The notes under the pieces are model-generated. The model worked only from the letters and a program-made list of their open reading frames with translations. It did not search any database and had not been told where the DNA came from. DNA of 32,000 nt from Ignicoccus pacificus DSM 13166 (GTDB taxonomy: Archaea > Thermoproteota > Thermoprotei_A > Sulfolobales > Ignicoccaceae): NCBI GenBank assembly GCA_025340205.1, contig CP006868.1, forward strand, positions 960,001 through 992,000, in the 5' to 3' direction. Position numbers and translations under genes: made by a program. Below, piece by piece: positions 1 through 8,646 of the stretch (its first letter is position 1; every line of letters starts with the position of its first letter).

Positions 1-35
1 GGTATCGATATGCCGAAGCGCACCAACTCAGTCAT
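1..35 (-). CDS. Partial CDS (N-terminus only, runs off left edge), possible NikR/ribbon-helix-helix regulator
   Basis: ATG at 35 on minus reads MTELVRFGISI before the window edge. This resembles the first beta-strand of NikR-like ribbon-helix-helix proteins. An A/T-rich TATA-like stretch (rc ttatag) lies about 25 nt upstream. Only 11 codons are visible. Confidence 0.35.
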   Translation of the reverse strand, partial: MTELVRFGISI

Positions 36-193
36 CTTGCTTCGAATAAGGACTTGTACTATAACCTAATAAGGTAGTGAGAGTTAAGCGCTCGAAGGAC
101 GCTAAAGGTAAAGGGGATGACCACGACTTGCCCCCCTGGAGCTTCCAGCTATGAAGAAATTACCGCGATGGGACCCCCAAGAGGTGAAATACC

Positions 194-1138
194 TTGAAGC
201 TCAAGGATCTCCCAGTAAGCGACGTCGGGGAGTTCGCGGAAGCGGTGGCGAACCTCTCCTGGGATGAGGTCTACGAACTGTTGTTAGAGGGAGCCGAGCT
301 CCTGAAGAGGCTCCCCGAAGGGGGAATATTCCCCATAGCCTACACCGCTCCCGATTCCCCCTATGCCTTTCATGGGGATCTGCACGGAGATATAGTCACC
401 GTGTTCGAGTTATGGGAGAAAATAGGAACACAAAGGATACTGAATGAATACAAACTGGTCTTCCTCGGAGACTACGTGGACAGAGGACCTAAGCAGCTTG
501 AAGCTTTGCTCCTCCCTCTGGCTCTGAAGGCTAGGAGACCCTCAGAGGTAATAGTGCTAAGAGGGAACCACGAGCCCGTTAGGGGACTAGAACCTCTCCC
601 TCATGATTTTCCCCATTACTTAGCTAGGAGGTTTAGAGGGAAGGGTGAGAAACTATATTCTGTAGCGAAACAAGTATTTGAGAACATGCCGCTGGTACTT
701 TACGTTGAAGGCTCCGTCGTCGCCTTTCATGGTGGACCACCCACCGTTCTGGTCAGGAGGGGGTGTGAGGGCACTAGCTGTTTGTTCGACGATAAGATAA
801 GGCATTTGGTAGTAGAAGAGATATTGTGGAACGAGCCCGGGGAGATATGCTCTTGGGACGACCCTCCAGAAACTTGTTGGGCACCAAGTCCTAGAGGGAG
901 AGGATATCTCTGGGGACCTGGGGTCACTAACGCTCTCTTGAGGTTCACGAAGACAAAGTTCCTTGTAAGAGCAAATACCCCAATAGATGGGGTTAAGTTC
1001 TTTCACATGGGTAGGGGAGTTAGCGTGTTCAGTAGGAGAGGCATGCCCTTTGCTAATGAAAAGGGTGGGATTTGGGCACCGAACTTCTTGGACAGACAGT
1101 GGTGGGCCAAACCCGACAAGTGGGTCTATCTTACCTAA
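194..1138 (+). CDS. PPP-family serine/threonine protein phosphatase (calcineurin-like metallophosphoesterase)
   Basis: TTG start. Signature motifs HGDLHGD, FLGDYVDRG, LRGNHE and a later VAFHGG. Confidence 0.9.
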   Translation: MKLKDLPVSDVGEFAEAVANLSWDEVYELLLEGAELLKRLPEGGIFPIAYTAPDSPYAFHGDLHGDIVTVFELWEKIGTQRILNEYKLVFLGDYVDRGPKQLEALLLPLALKARRPSEVIVLRGNHEPVRGLEPLPHDFPHYLARRFRGKGEKLYSVAKQVFENMPLVLYVEGSVVAFHGGPPTVLVRRGCEGTSCLFDDKIRHLVVEEILWNEPGEICSWDDPPETCWAPSPRGRGYLWGPGVTNALLRFTKTKFLVRANTPIDGVKFFHMGRGVSVFSRRGMPFANEKGGIWAPNFLDRQWWAKPDKWVYLT

Positions 1139-1173
1139 TTACCTATAAGGAACCTCACATCAACTCTTAGCGA

Positions 1174-1959
1174 TTGAGGATGATAGAGAGAGTGGAGGTA
1201 CTAGGAAGAGAGCATTTGGTGAGGGCTGTCAGGGCATCTTCTGGTTTGGTAGCGGTAGCCAGCAGCCTAGGAAGAGGTTACGTCCTTAGGGAAGGAAGGA
1301 TAGTCGAGGAGATAAGCGTTGACATACCACTCTTATCCACTGATATCTCTAATAAGGTAAGCTTCGGAGGGTTAGGAAAAGTGATAATCATTAACGATGG
1401 AAAGAGGACACTAAGGGTTGGTGGAACGGCCTTATACGTGCGCAAGGGTAAGTATGCCTCGGTATACTATGGAGGCTCATCTAAGGTATACGACTTGGAA
1501 AAGAATGAAGTGATTATAGAGATAAAAGATGTCATTAGGTCAATAGATTACAACGACCGATACTTAGTGTTGGTCGGCGCAAACGCTACGAGGATATATT
1601 CGGAGGGGGAGCTCTTATTCGAGATAACGCTAGAGAAAGGGAGAGGCGTGGTGCTAAGCGAGAACGAGATGAAGCTCTTGGTCCGCGATCCTTATTTCAT
1701 AGACGTTTCTCATGTATACGATTATACCTTAGGTAATAACATAGAACTGAAGAGAAAGGTTAGTTTAGAAGGTACTGCCTACGACCTTCATAGCGATAAT
1801 GAGACCATAGCTATCGCCACTAGCGATTACGTCTATCTATTAGATAATGACTTGAACGAGATAAAGAGGATAAGGGAGGGCGCCATATCTGCAAGTGTTG
1901 ATAATGACTTAGTGTGTTATGCTTCCAAAGGCGCTCTGAGGTGCGGGATCTTCAAATAA
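1174..1959 (+). CDS. Hypothetical protein with beta-propeller-like repeats
   Basis: 261-aa ORF with recurrent short beta-strand blocks (e.g. NKVSFGGLGKVIIINDGKRTL, YNDRYLVLVGANATRIYSEGELLFEI, DNETIAIATSDYVYLLDNDLNEIKRI). TATA-like cctataagg upstream. Confidence 0.6.
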   Translation: MRMIERVEVLGREHLVRAVRASSGLVAVASSLGRGYVLREGRIVEEISVDIPLLSTDISNKVSFGGLGKVIIINDGKRTLRVGGTALYVRKGKYASVYYGGSSKVYDLEKNEVIIEIKDVIRSIDYNDRYLVLVGANATRIYSEGELLFEITLEKGRGVVLSENEMKLLVRDPYFIDVSHVYDYTLGNNIELKRKVSLEGTAYDLHSDNETIAIATSDYVYLLDNDLNEIKRIREGAISASVDNDLVCYASKGALRCGIFK

Positions 1960-1990
1960 ACCCCTCCTCTCTCCTCTCTGGGATGCTCAG

Positions 1991-2497
1991 ATGATCAAGG
2001 GTAGAGTAGTTGCCAAGCTCGGTGATAACATAGACACCGACATGATAATACCTTTCAGGTATAAGGCCAAGACCACCGATTATTATGAGCTGGCTAAGCA
2101 CGTCTTCGAAGACTTAGATCCAGAGCTCTCTAAGAAGATAAAGCCGGGAGATATAGTCGTCGCCGGAAAGAACTTCGGTATGGGAAGCTCTAGAGAGCAG
2201 GCCCCCATCGCCATAAAGTACTCCGGCGTGAGCGCAGTGATAGCTAAGAGCTTCGCGAGGATATTCTTTAGAAATGCCATAAACATAGGACTTCCCGTAA
2301 TAGAGGCCCCGGAGGCAGTCGACAAGACGGATGAAGGCGATGAACTCGAGATAGACCTTGAGAAGGGTGTAATAAGGAACTTGACTAAGGGCTGGGAAGT
2401 TAAGTTCAAGCCCTACCCGAAGATGCTAATGGAAATAATGAAGGAAGGAGGAATATACAACTACTACAAGGCTCACGGGAAGTTTCCGTGGGAGTGA
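1991..2497 (+). CDS. leuD: 3-isopropylmalate dehydratase small subunit (LeuD/aconitase swivel domain)
   Basis: GDNIDTDMIIPFRY, KNFGMGSSREQAP and SFARIFFRNAINIGLP motifs. Confidence 0.95.
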   Translation: MIKGRVVAKLGDNIDTDMIIPFRYKAKTTDYYELAKHVFEDLDPELSKKIKPGDIVVAGKNFGMGSSREQAPIAIKYSGVSAVIAKSFARIFFRNAINIGLPVIEAPEAVDKTDEGDELEIDLEKGVIRNLTKGWEVKFKPYPKMLMEIMKEGGIYNYYKAHGKFPWE

Positions 2498-2530
2498 GGT
2501 TTTATCCTCCTAGCCCCTCCTCTAACGGAG

Positions 2531-2812
2531 ATGAGTATGCCCAAGCACGCCGTAATTACCGTGGTTGGTAAGGATAGGGTAGGAATTGTTGCCAAAGTAT
2601 CCTCGGTGTTAGCTGAGCATAAGGTAAACATAATCGATATTTCTCAAACTGTCCTTAGAGGAATGTTTGCAATGATAATGGTTGTTGATCTAAGTAGCTG
2701 TGATATCAGCATTGGGGAGCTCAGGAAGCTCTTGGCGGAGACGGGGAAGGAGATGGGGGTCGACGTGGCCCTCCACTCGGCCGAGCTCGTGGAGAGCGTT
2801 GAGAGGATATAG
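2531..2812 (+). CDS. ACT domain protein (UPF0237 type)
   Basis: AVITVVGKDRVGIVAKVSSVLAEHKVNIIDISQT, typical single ACT domain architecture. Confidence 0.85.
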   Translation: MSMPKHAVITVVGKDRVGIVAKVSSVLAEHKVNIIDISQTVLRGMFAMIMVVDLSSCDISIGELRKLLAETGKEMGVDVALHSAELVESVERI

Positions 2813-2827
2813 GAGCCCATTGGGTCG

Positions 2828-2904
2828 TGGCGGGCCCGCCGGGATTTGAACCCGGGACCAACGGGTTAAAAGCCCGCCGCTCTGCCTGGCTGAGCTACGG
2901 GCCC
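2828..2904 (-). tRNA. tRNA-Lys (anticodon UUU), CCA encoded
   Basis: Reverse complement folds as acceptor GGGCCCG/CGGGCCC, D-arm GCTC/GAGC, anticodon stem GCGGG/CCCGT with loop CTTTTAA (UUU), T-arm CCGGG-TTCAAAT-CCCGG, discriminator G, encoded CCA at 2828-2830. No intron (74 nt + CCA). Confidence 0.96.
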
Positions 2905-2929
2905 TCCGTCTTGAGGGGCGATATCAGAG

Positions 2930-2942
2930 GTTAATAAAAGAA
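2930..2942 (-). promoter_or_regulatory. Likely archaeal TATA box for tRNA-Lys
   Basis: rc ttttattaac lies about 26-36 nt upstream of the tRNA 5' end. Confidence 0.45.
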
Positions 2943-3004
2943 TAGCTGCTGTTTCGAAGACAAGCCGGAAAAAGAAGGGTAACCATCCAGCGACGGGTGA
3001 AGCG

Positions 3005-3922
3005 TTGAAGAAAATCGTGCTAGTTACGCTAGCCCTAGTCCTCTCCGCTAGTGCCCTGACCATTTTCTCAGCTGGCTCGCTATCAATCCCATTAAGAGAA
3101 GTGGCCTCGGTTTACCAAAGCAAGTACCACGATAAGGTCTACATCGAGTTCAGCGGCTCCGTCCAAGCTGTGAGGAAGATAGTGGAGCTTGGAAGATGCC
3201 CCGACCTCCTCTTCGTGGCAGACTACAGCTTGATACCAACTATGATGCCCTCCCAATGGGTGGTGGGGTTTGCTAGCAACGTCATGACTTTGACATACGT
3301 CAACCCCTCGTTAACTAATCAGTTGAGAAAGGACTGGATAGGCACGCTAATGACCCATACCTTCGCCTTCTCCAATCCCAATATGGATCCAGCAGGTTAT
3401 AGGACCCTCGGAGTCCTCGCCTTAGCGGCCCTCAAGGATCCCAGGGCCTTAAAGATATTGGAAAGGATAAACGGAGTTAAGGTCGAAATGAAAAACGGAA
3501 ACGTGACAGTTTACGTATATCCTAACATAAGGTCGGGTAACGGCGTCATAATAAGGGATAAGAGCGTTGACCTAATACCTATGGTCAAGAGCGGGTTAGT
3601 GGACATAGCCTTTGAGTACAGGAGCGTTGCAATTCAGCACAAGCTGCTTTACTACGTCCCTCCCTCTTACTGCAACTTAGGTGATCCTAAGGAAGCTAAC
3701 TTCTATGGGAGGGTAAAGATAGTGCTGATGGCGGGAACGCCTAAGGAAAAGGTAATAAAGTTAAAACCGATAGTCTACGGCGTCACCATACCCACTTGTG
3801 CCCCCCACCCTGCTCAAGCGCTCAAGTTCTTCCAGCTGGTTCTCAGTGGTACTGGAAGGGAAATATTCATGAAGAATGGTCAAAACTTCTTGAACGAGAT
3901 GGTCTTCGTTCCACCGAAGTGA
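3005..3922 (+). CDS. wtpA: Tungstate/molybdate ABC transporter substrate-binding protein (WtpA/ModA family)
   Basis: Signal peptide followed by TIFSAGSLSIPLREVASVYQ, FSGSVQAVRKI, PDLLFVADYSLIP, AFSNPNMDPAGYRTL, IAFEYRSVAIQH. Confidence 0.88.
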   Translation: MKKIVLVTLALVLSASALTIFSAGSLSIPLREVASVYQSKYHDKVYIEFSGSVQAVRKIVELGRCPDLLFVADYSLIPTMMPSQWVVGFASNVMTLTYVNPSLTNQLRKDWIGTLMTHTFAFSNPNMDPAGYRTLGVLALAALKDPRALKILERINGVKVEMKNGNVTVYVYPNIRSGNGVIIRDKSVDLIPMVKSGLVDIAFEYRSVAIQHKLLYYVPPSYCNLGDPKEANFYGRVKIVLMAGTPKEKVIKLKPIVYGVTIPTCAPHPAQALKFFQLVLSGTGREIFMKNGQNFLNEMVFVPPK

Positions 3923-3962
3923 TGAAAAGGAGCCTCTTTTTCTCCCTCTCGGCTGGCCGGGA

Positions 3963-4886
3963 TTGACGATAAGGGTCTCAGCTCCCTCGAGGTTGCACTT
4001 CTCCTTGCTAGACTTGAGCGGCGATCTGGGTTACGTTGACGGCGGAATGGGCGTCGCGATAAAGCTGCCCCGGACGGTGGTGAAAGCGGAGCCGTGGGGA
4101 GAGCTCCTCGTAGAGGGCCCTAGGGCAGACGAGGTTAGATCAAAGCTCTCGAAGCTAGGTCTAAAGGGTAAGGTAACGATACTTCAAACCCCTCCCCCTC
4201 ACATGGGCTTCGGCTCAACTACGCAACTCCTCCTCAGCTCTGCCAAAGCCTTAGCCTCCTTGAATGGTATAGACATGAATTCGTCGGAGTTAGCCGTTCT
4301 CATGGGTAGGGGAGGAACGAGCGGAATAGGCGTTAGGATATTCGAGGAAGGCGGCTTCGTCTACGACTTTGGGCATGATATTACCATAAAGGGAAGTCCA
4401 AAGCCCTCAGGGGCGTCCCTAGCGTCCCCTCCTCCTTCCCTGAGGCTGGAGTTTCCCGAAGACTGGTGGTTCCTCTTAGTATACAAAGAGGAGAGAGGAC
4501 TTTACGATGAGAGGAGGGAGGTGAGGGAGTTTGAGGAGAGAACACCAATACCGCCAGAGGAGAGCTCCAGGACGTGTAGGATAGCCTACATGTTAATATT
4601 AGGGGGAATAGTCGAGAGGAACTATGAGAGGTTCGTGAGGGGCATAAATGAAATTCAAAAGGTTGGGTTCAAGAAAATAGAACTCGAGATACAGCCAGAG
4701 TACGTGAAAGAGGTAATGGAGGAGGTGAGGAAGGTAACCGGGAACGCCGGCCTTAGTAGTATGGGTCACTTGGTATATTCTGTAATTCCTAAGAAGAAAG
4801 CTCGAAAGATAGCACGGCAGTTAGAGATCGATGGATTCAAGGTTATGATAACCCCTCCCGATAACGAGGGGGCGAAGGTCTATTGA
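3963..4886 (+). CDS. GHMP-family beta-ribofuranosylaminobenzene 5'-phosphate synthase-like protein
   Basis: APSRLHFSLLDLSGDLGYVDGGMGVAI, PPPHMGFGSTTQLLLSSAKAL, GRGGTSGIGVRIFEEGGFVYDFGH, GLSSMGHLVYSVI. Confidence 0.85.
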   Translation: MTIRVSAPSRLHFSLLDLSGDLGYVDGGMGVAIKLPRTVVKAEPWGELLVEGPRADEVRSKLSKLGLKGKVTILQTPPPHMGFGSTTQLLLSSAKALASLNGIDMNSSELAVLMGRGGTSGIGVRIFEEGGFVYDFGHDITIKGSPKPSGASLASPPPSLRLEFPEDWWFLLVYKEERGLYDERREVREFEERTPIPPEESSRTCRIAYMLILGGIVERNYERFVRGINEIQKVGFKKIELEIQPEYVKEVMEEVRKVTGNAGLSSMGHLVYSVIPKKKARKIARQLEIDGFKVMITPPDNEGAKVY

Positions 4887-5311
4887 GAGGAGATACCCAC
4901 GTGGCCTTTGCTTTCGCCTTATCCTTTCTGATATTCTTCCCCACTTGCGTTACATGTATAATGATGGCTGTATTATATTCGATCGTTCCCGATTACGACA
5001 TTAAGTATAAGCACAGAAAGCTCTTCCATAACGTGTTCGCGATGCTTCTGTTGACCCTCCCAGCCCTCCTATTTGGACCTCAAGTCTATCTAGGGGCCAT
5101 CTTAGGCTATGCCTCTCATTTGCTCAGCGACATCGTAACGGTCAGGGGAGTAGCGCTCCTCTATCCCCTATCTGAGAGGTACTTTAGAGTAGCCAAGCTG
5201 AGGAGCTCCTCCCCCCTAGCAAACCTCGCCTTTCTCCTCTTCTCGGGGTTGTTGATAGCTTTCAAGTTCTACCTATTAAGCCACCCTCTAGGCTCAAGCG
5301 TCTGGCGATGA
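4883..5311 (+). CDS. Integral membrane metal-dependent hydrolase-like protein (DUF457/YdjM type)
   Basis: THVAFAFALSFLIF, IVPDYDIKYKHRKLFHN, GYASHLLSDIVTVRGVALLYPL. Overlaps the upstream gene by 4 nt. Confidence 0.7.
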   Translation: MRGDTHVAFAFALSFLIFFPTCVTCIMMAVLYSIVPDYDIKYKHRKLFHNVFAMLLLTLPALLFGPQVYLGAILGYASHLLSDIVTVRGVALLYPLSERYFRVAKLRSSSPLANLAFLLFSGLLIAFKFYLLSHPLGSSVWR

Positions 5312-5812
5312 AGAGTTTGCCGAGTGTTGATGGGTGAAAGAGGCTACGGGACAGCTGAGCGCTTTGTATAACACACTTATCCTCTTAGCCAGCTCTATCG
5401 CCTTAACTCTCGCTGAATCCTCTCTCCTCATGACGTCTAAAACCAGTGGTTTCCACAAGACCTTCTCCTCCCACCCTTCCCTAACTGCTAACACAGCGTA
5501 CCAGTCCCTTCTCTTTATTGATTTACCCCCCTCAACTATGATCAAACCATCGAGTGAATCAACGAGCTCTTCCAAAGAAGGCCTTCCCATCTTCTGGAAC
5601 CTTATGCCATCCTTACAGAGCAAGTATACCTCCTCAGCACCCCTGGAAGTGAACCTCTTGGTGTCCCCTGAATCCACGTCTAGTAAACCGTGTTTCGTCT
5701 CCTTTACTACCTTCGCTTTCAATCCGTATTTTTTCAGCTCTTCCAAGAGGTATTCAATGAGCGTGGACTTCCCTCTCTTCCTAAATCCCACCACTTGAAT
5801 TACTAGCTTCAC
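5294..5812 (-). CDS. mobB: Molybdopterin-guanine dinucleotide biosynthesis protein B
   Basis: VIQVVGFRKRGKSTLIEYLLEEL (P-loop), VVKETKHGLLDVDSGDTKRFTSRGA, DGLIIVEGG. The track ORF extends to 5863, but a GTG at 5812 overlaps the upstream gene's stop as GTGA and starts directly at the domain (MKLVIQVVGF). Confidence 0.88.
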   Translation of the reverse strand: MKLVIQVVGFRKRGKSTLIEYLLEELKKYGLKAKVVKETKHGLLDVDSGDTKRFTSRGAEEVYLLCKDGIRFQKMGRPSLEELVDSLDGLIIVEGGKSIKRRDWYAVLAVREGWEEKVLWKPLVLDVMRREDSARVKAIELAKRISVLYKALSCPVASFTHQHSANSSSPDA

Positions 5813-6240
5813 GCCTCGCTCACCAGCTTGGGAGCGTTCTTGTACAGCGGACAAGTCTTCCAATGGTGTTCGCAGAGCTTCACCTCCGTGAAGGTAAGCA
5901 GTCTGTTTAGAACTCTACAAAGGGCATACCACTTGCCGTCCGAGCCTCTAAACGTCTTCAAGTACGGACATCCCTTTCCCGGCTCTGTGAGGAGCGCGTG
6001 AATGAGCTTGTAGGGCTTATACTTTTGCTCGAACGTCTCATCGACTTTGGTTTCCTCGGAGGTAGGCGAGAACTTCAACAACCCCTCCTTTTTCTCCTCG
6101 ACGGTCTCGGGAGGTACGTACCATTTACATATCTCATAGTCCTTGCTTTCGCTCGTACACCTCTTCGTTACGATCGCGGTGCTCGGCTTAGGGAGCCTAG
6201 GGCTATTACAAGCTCCATCTCTATACCAAGGACATGGCAA
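5809..6240 (-). CDS. Cysteine-rich hypothetical protein with internal duplication (8 principal Cys)
   Basis: Two halves, each with four spaced cysteines: CPWYRDGAC...RC...ICKWYV and CPYLKTF...ALC...KLC...TCPLY. Confidence 0.75.
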   Translation of the reverse strand: MPCPWYRDGACNSPRLPKPSTAIVTKRCTSESKDYEICKWYVPPETVEEKKEGLLKFSPTSEETKVDETFEQKYKPYKLIHALLTEPGKGCPYLKTFRGSDGKWYALCRVLNRLLTFTEVKLCEHHWKTCPLYKNAPKLVSEA

Positions 6241-6291
6241 CTATTGGTCCCGTTAAATGAGCTAGCGTCGAGTGTTTGAAAAGGAGAGAGC

Positions 6292-6921
6292 TTGATCTGG
6301 GTAGGCGTTGACGAGGCCGGAAGAGGGCCGGTAGTAGGGAGCATGTTCGTGGCCGCTGTGGCTCTCAAGGATGAGGACTTGGAGAAGCTGAGGAGGTTAG
6401 GCCTAACCGATAGCAAGAAGCTAACTCCAAAGAAGAGGGCTCTTTTAAAGGAAGTCATAAAGGAAAAGGCATTAGCGATAGAAATAGTAGAAGTGAAGCC
6501 TGAGGAGATGAACGAGAGGAGCGTGAGTGATCTCACAATAGAGGCCATGAGGAAGGCCTTGGAAAGCGTCTTGAAGAGGGTACGAGCGGACGTAGTGATA
6601 GCTGACGTCGTGGGAAAAGGGAAGAAGCAAGCGGAGATCCTTGGTAAGCTCCATCCTAACGTCAAGGTGTTGCCGAAGGCGGACTCGGAGTACTTGGTGG
6701 TCTCGGCAGCTAGCGTCGTAGCTAAGGAGGCTAGGGAAGAACACGTTAGAAAACTCAAGGCAAAGTACGGAGACTTCGGTTCAGGATATCCCTCTGACAA
6801 GAGGACGAGGGAGTGGTTAGTAAACAACTATGATAAGCCCATTGTCAGAAGAAAGTGGAAGACCCTTCAGAGGGTCTTAAGCAAGCAATCGAGTAGCTCC
6901 GATGAAGGACACTTAACTTGA
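6292..6921 (+). CDS. rnhB: Ribonuclease HII
   Basis: VGVDEAGRGPVVGSMFVAAV, LTDSKKLTPKKR, DVVGKG, ADSEYLVVSAASVVAKEARE, GSGYPSDKRT. Confidence 0.97.
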   Translation: MIWVGVDEAGRGPVVGSMFVAAVALKDEDLEKLRRLGLTDSKKLTPKKRALLKEVIKEKALAIEIVEVKPEEMNERSVSDLTIEAMRKALESVLKRVRADVVIADVVGKGKKQAEILGKLHPNVKVLPKADSEYLVVSAASVVAKEAREEHVRKLKAKYGDFGSGYPSDKRTREWLVNNYDKPIVRRKWKTLQRVLSKQSSSSDEGHLT

Positions 6922-8141
6922 ACTCCCCTTTCTAGGTTCTTTACTACGACACTTCCCTCTTGAAGTTCCCTTCTCCCTATTACCACCGCCCACTTGGCTC
7001 CGGTGCTAGCGGCATAAGAGAACGCCTTCTTCACGCTCTTAAACTCATCCAATAAGGTACTGCTAAAGCCCAGCTCGCTCAGCTTCCTCTGCACCAACAG
7101 CGCTTCTTTACCCGCCTCCTCGCCTATTGGAATTACTATGACCTCAAGCTTTGACTTGCATTGTCTCTTCCAAGCTAAGGCCGTCCTGTCGAGGCCTATA
7201 GCGAAGCCAGTGGCTGGAAGAGGCTCACCACCATAGACTTGGGTCAAGAGGTCATACCTCCCACCACCGGCGACCGATACGGGGAATCCGGGAACCTTCA
7301 CCTCATATATTAATCCAGTGTAATAAGCAAGGCCTCTGGCGAAGCCCAACTTGAACTTGCATCTCTTTAGTACGTCGTCCGGCAAGAAGTAGATCAGCTT
7401 CTCTAGATCAGATAGAAGGTCGGGAGCAGAGTACTCCTCGCCAAGGAGCTCCTTACCCTTTTCCAAGATCTCCGGTCCTCCTTCGGTCGTGGCTAGCTCC
7501 TCTATTACTCTAGACGCCCTCTCCGGATCCTTCGCCTTCGATCTGACCAGCTCCAACGCCTTTTCCAGCTCTCCCTTGTCTATGAAGTGGAGCACCCTAT
7601 CTTGTTCCTCTCCCCTTATCCCCTCAACTTCGAGAACGCCTCTTAGCGCCTTAACGCTCCCAACCACTATTACGTGATCTATCCCCAACTCCTCGTAAAA
7701 CTCATCGAGCATAGTCACTAATTCGGCGTCGGCGAGCACGGATGAGGAGCCTAACACCTCGAAGTCCGCTTGGTAGAACTCCCTATACCTAGCGAACTGA
7801 GGCTCATCGTATCTAAAGACGTTCACTAAGGTGAACAGTTTTATGGGTTTTGACCTCCCTCTTAGCGAATGAAGGTAGGCCCTGACCACGGACGCGGTAG
7901 CCTCAGGCCTCAGAGCCACCTCCCTTCCGGCCTTATCCTTGAACACGAACATGGTCCTCCTTATCTCCTCGCCGCTCTTAGCAGCGAATAGCGCGAACCT
8001 CTCAACCGTAGGCAAGAACGTCCTCTCGAAGCCCCACCTCCTCGCCAATTCTTCTGAGCGGGAGAAGACCTCAGCCAGCTTGCAAGACTCTTCTCCAAAA
8101 AGATCTCTGAACCCCCTTATTGGTTCATATGGGAACTTCAC
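6867..8141 (-). CDS. hisS: Histidyl-tRNA synthetase
   Basis: RGFRDLFGEE, LRPEATASVVRAYL, FRYDEPQFARYREFYQADFEVLG, LARGLAYYTGLIYEV, GGGRYDLL, GLDRTAL. Confidence 0.96.
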   Translation of the reverse strand: MKFPYEPIRGFRDLFGEESCKLAEVFSRSEELARRWGFERTFLPTVERFALFAAKSGEEIRRTMFVFKDKAGREVALRPEATASVVRAYLHSLRGRSKPIKLFTLVNVFRYDEPQFARYREFYQADFEVLGSSSVLADAELVTMLDEFYEELGIDHVIVVGSVKALRGVLEVEGIRGEEQDRVLHFIDKGELEKALELVRSKAKDPERASRVIEELATTEGGPEILEKGKELLGEEYSAPDLLSDLEKLIYFLPDDVLKRCKFKLGFARGLAYYTGLIYEVKVPGFPVSVAGGGRYDLLTQVYGGEPLPATGFAIGLDRTALAWKRQCKSKLEVIVIPIGEEAGKEALLVQRKLSELGFSSTLLDEFKSVKKAFSYAASTGAKWAVVIGRRELQEGSVVVKNLERGVQVKCPSSELLDCLLKTL

Positions 8142-8143
8142 TG

Positions 8144-8575
8144 CTACGCCCAGAAGAGCTTATACAGCAGTACTAATAACATTATGATCATTATAACCAT
8201 TAGACCTTCCATCATTAGCATCATGTTGTTGAGGGTATTTTGGACGTTTACTATAGTCTCCATCATTTTATTCATACTTTCGGTCATGTGGACCATCGTC
8301 TCACTCATATTCAGCATGGCTTTATTCATATTGAGAATCATCTTTTCCATGGTCTTGATCGGTTCAACTATGGTTGTATTTATCATGTTTACGCTCTGCT
8401 TCAAGTGATTCACCTCGGCTTGTAACATCTTTATCTTATCATTGAACTTGAACAAAACCTCACTCAGAGTCTTCACGAGGTCTAGAAGCGGCCCGGACTC
8501 CACGTTTCCCGTGGGATGTACGGGGGGAGTGGCGCCCGGTACGAGGGGAGGAGCGGTCTCTACATCAAACGCCAC
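8144..8575 (-). CDS. Met-rich coiled-coil protein with C-terminal transmembrane segment
   Basis: GTG start. 143 aa with consecutive heptads MEKMILN/MNKAMLN/MSETMVH/MTESMNK/MMETIVN/VQNTLNN, then LMVIMIIMLLVLLYKLFWA at the C-terminus. Confidence 0.8.
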   Translation of the reverse strand: MAFDVETAPPLVPGATPPVHPTGNVESGPLLDLVKTLSEVLFKFNDKIKMLQAEVNHLKQSVNMINTTIVEPIKTMEKMILNMNKAMLNMSETMVHMTESMNKMMETIVNVQNTLNNMMLMMEGLMVIMIIMLLVLLYKLFWA

Positions 8576-8646
8576 CCTTGTCGCCCCAAGTAGGTACGCG
8601 CCTCCACTTATCTTCTCTGTGTTCCTAGTCTCTTCAGGGTAAGAGC

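Noticed and set aside
653-1006. Antisense ORFs 653..1006 and +2-frame ORF 727..948
   Set aside because: They lie entirely within the phosphatase gene, whose motifs are unambiguous, and have low-complexity shadow-like translations.
2866-3063. 65-aa minus ORF
   Set aside because: Its C-terminal codons are the tRNA-Lys gene itself; translation of tRNA sequence.
5305-5358. Box C/D-like pattern (GCGATGA...TTGATGG...CTGA)
   Set aside because: The C-like box is the hydrolase stop region, the guide spacings are wrong and most of it is mobB coding sequence.
5334-5798. 154-aa plus-strand ORF
   Set aside because: Antisense to mobB, which has a clear P-loop. Ser/Thr/Pro-rich shadow translation.
6168-6827. 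219-aa minus-strand ORF
   Set aside because: Antisense shadow of RNase HII (rnhB).
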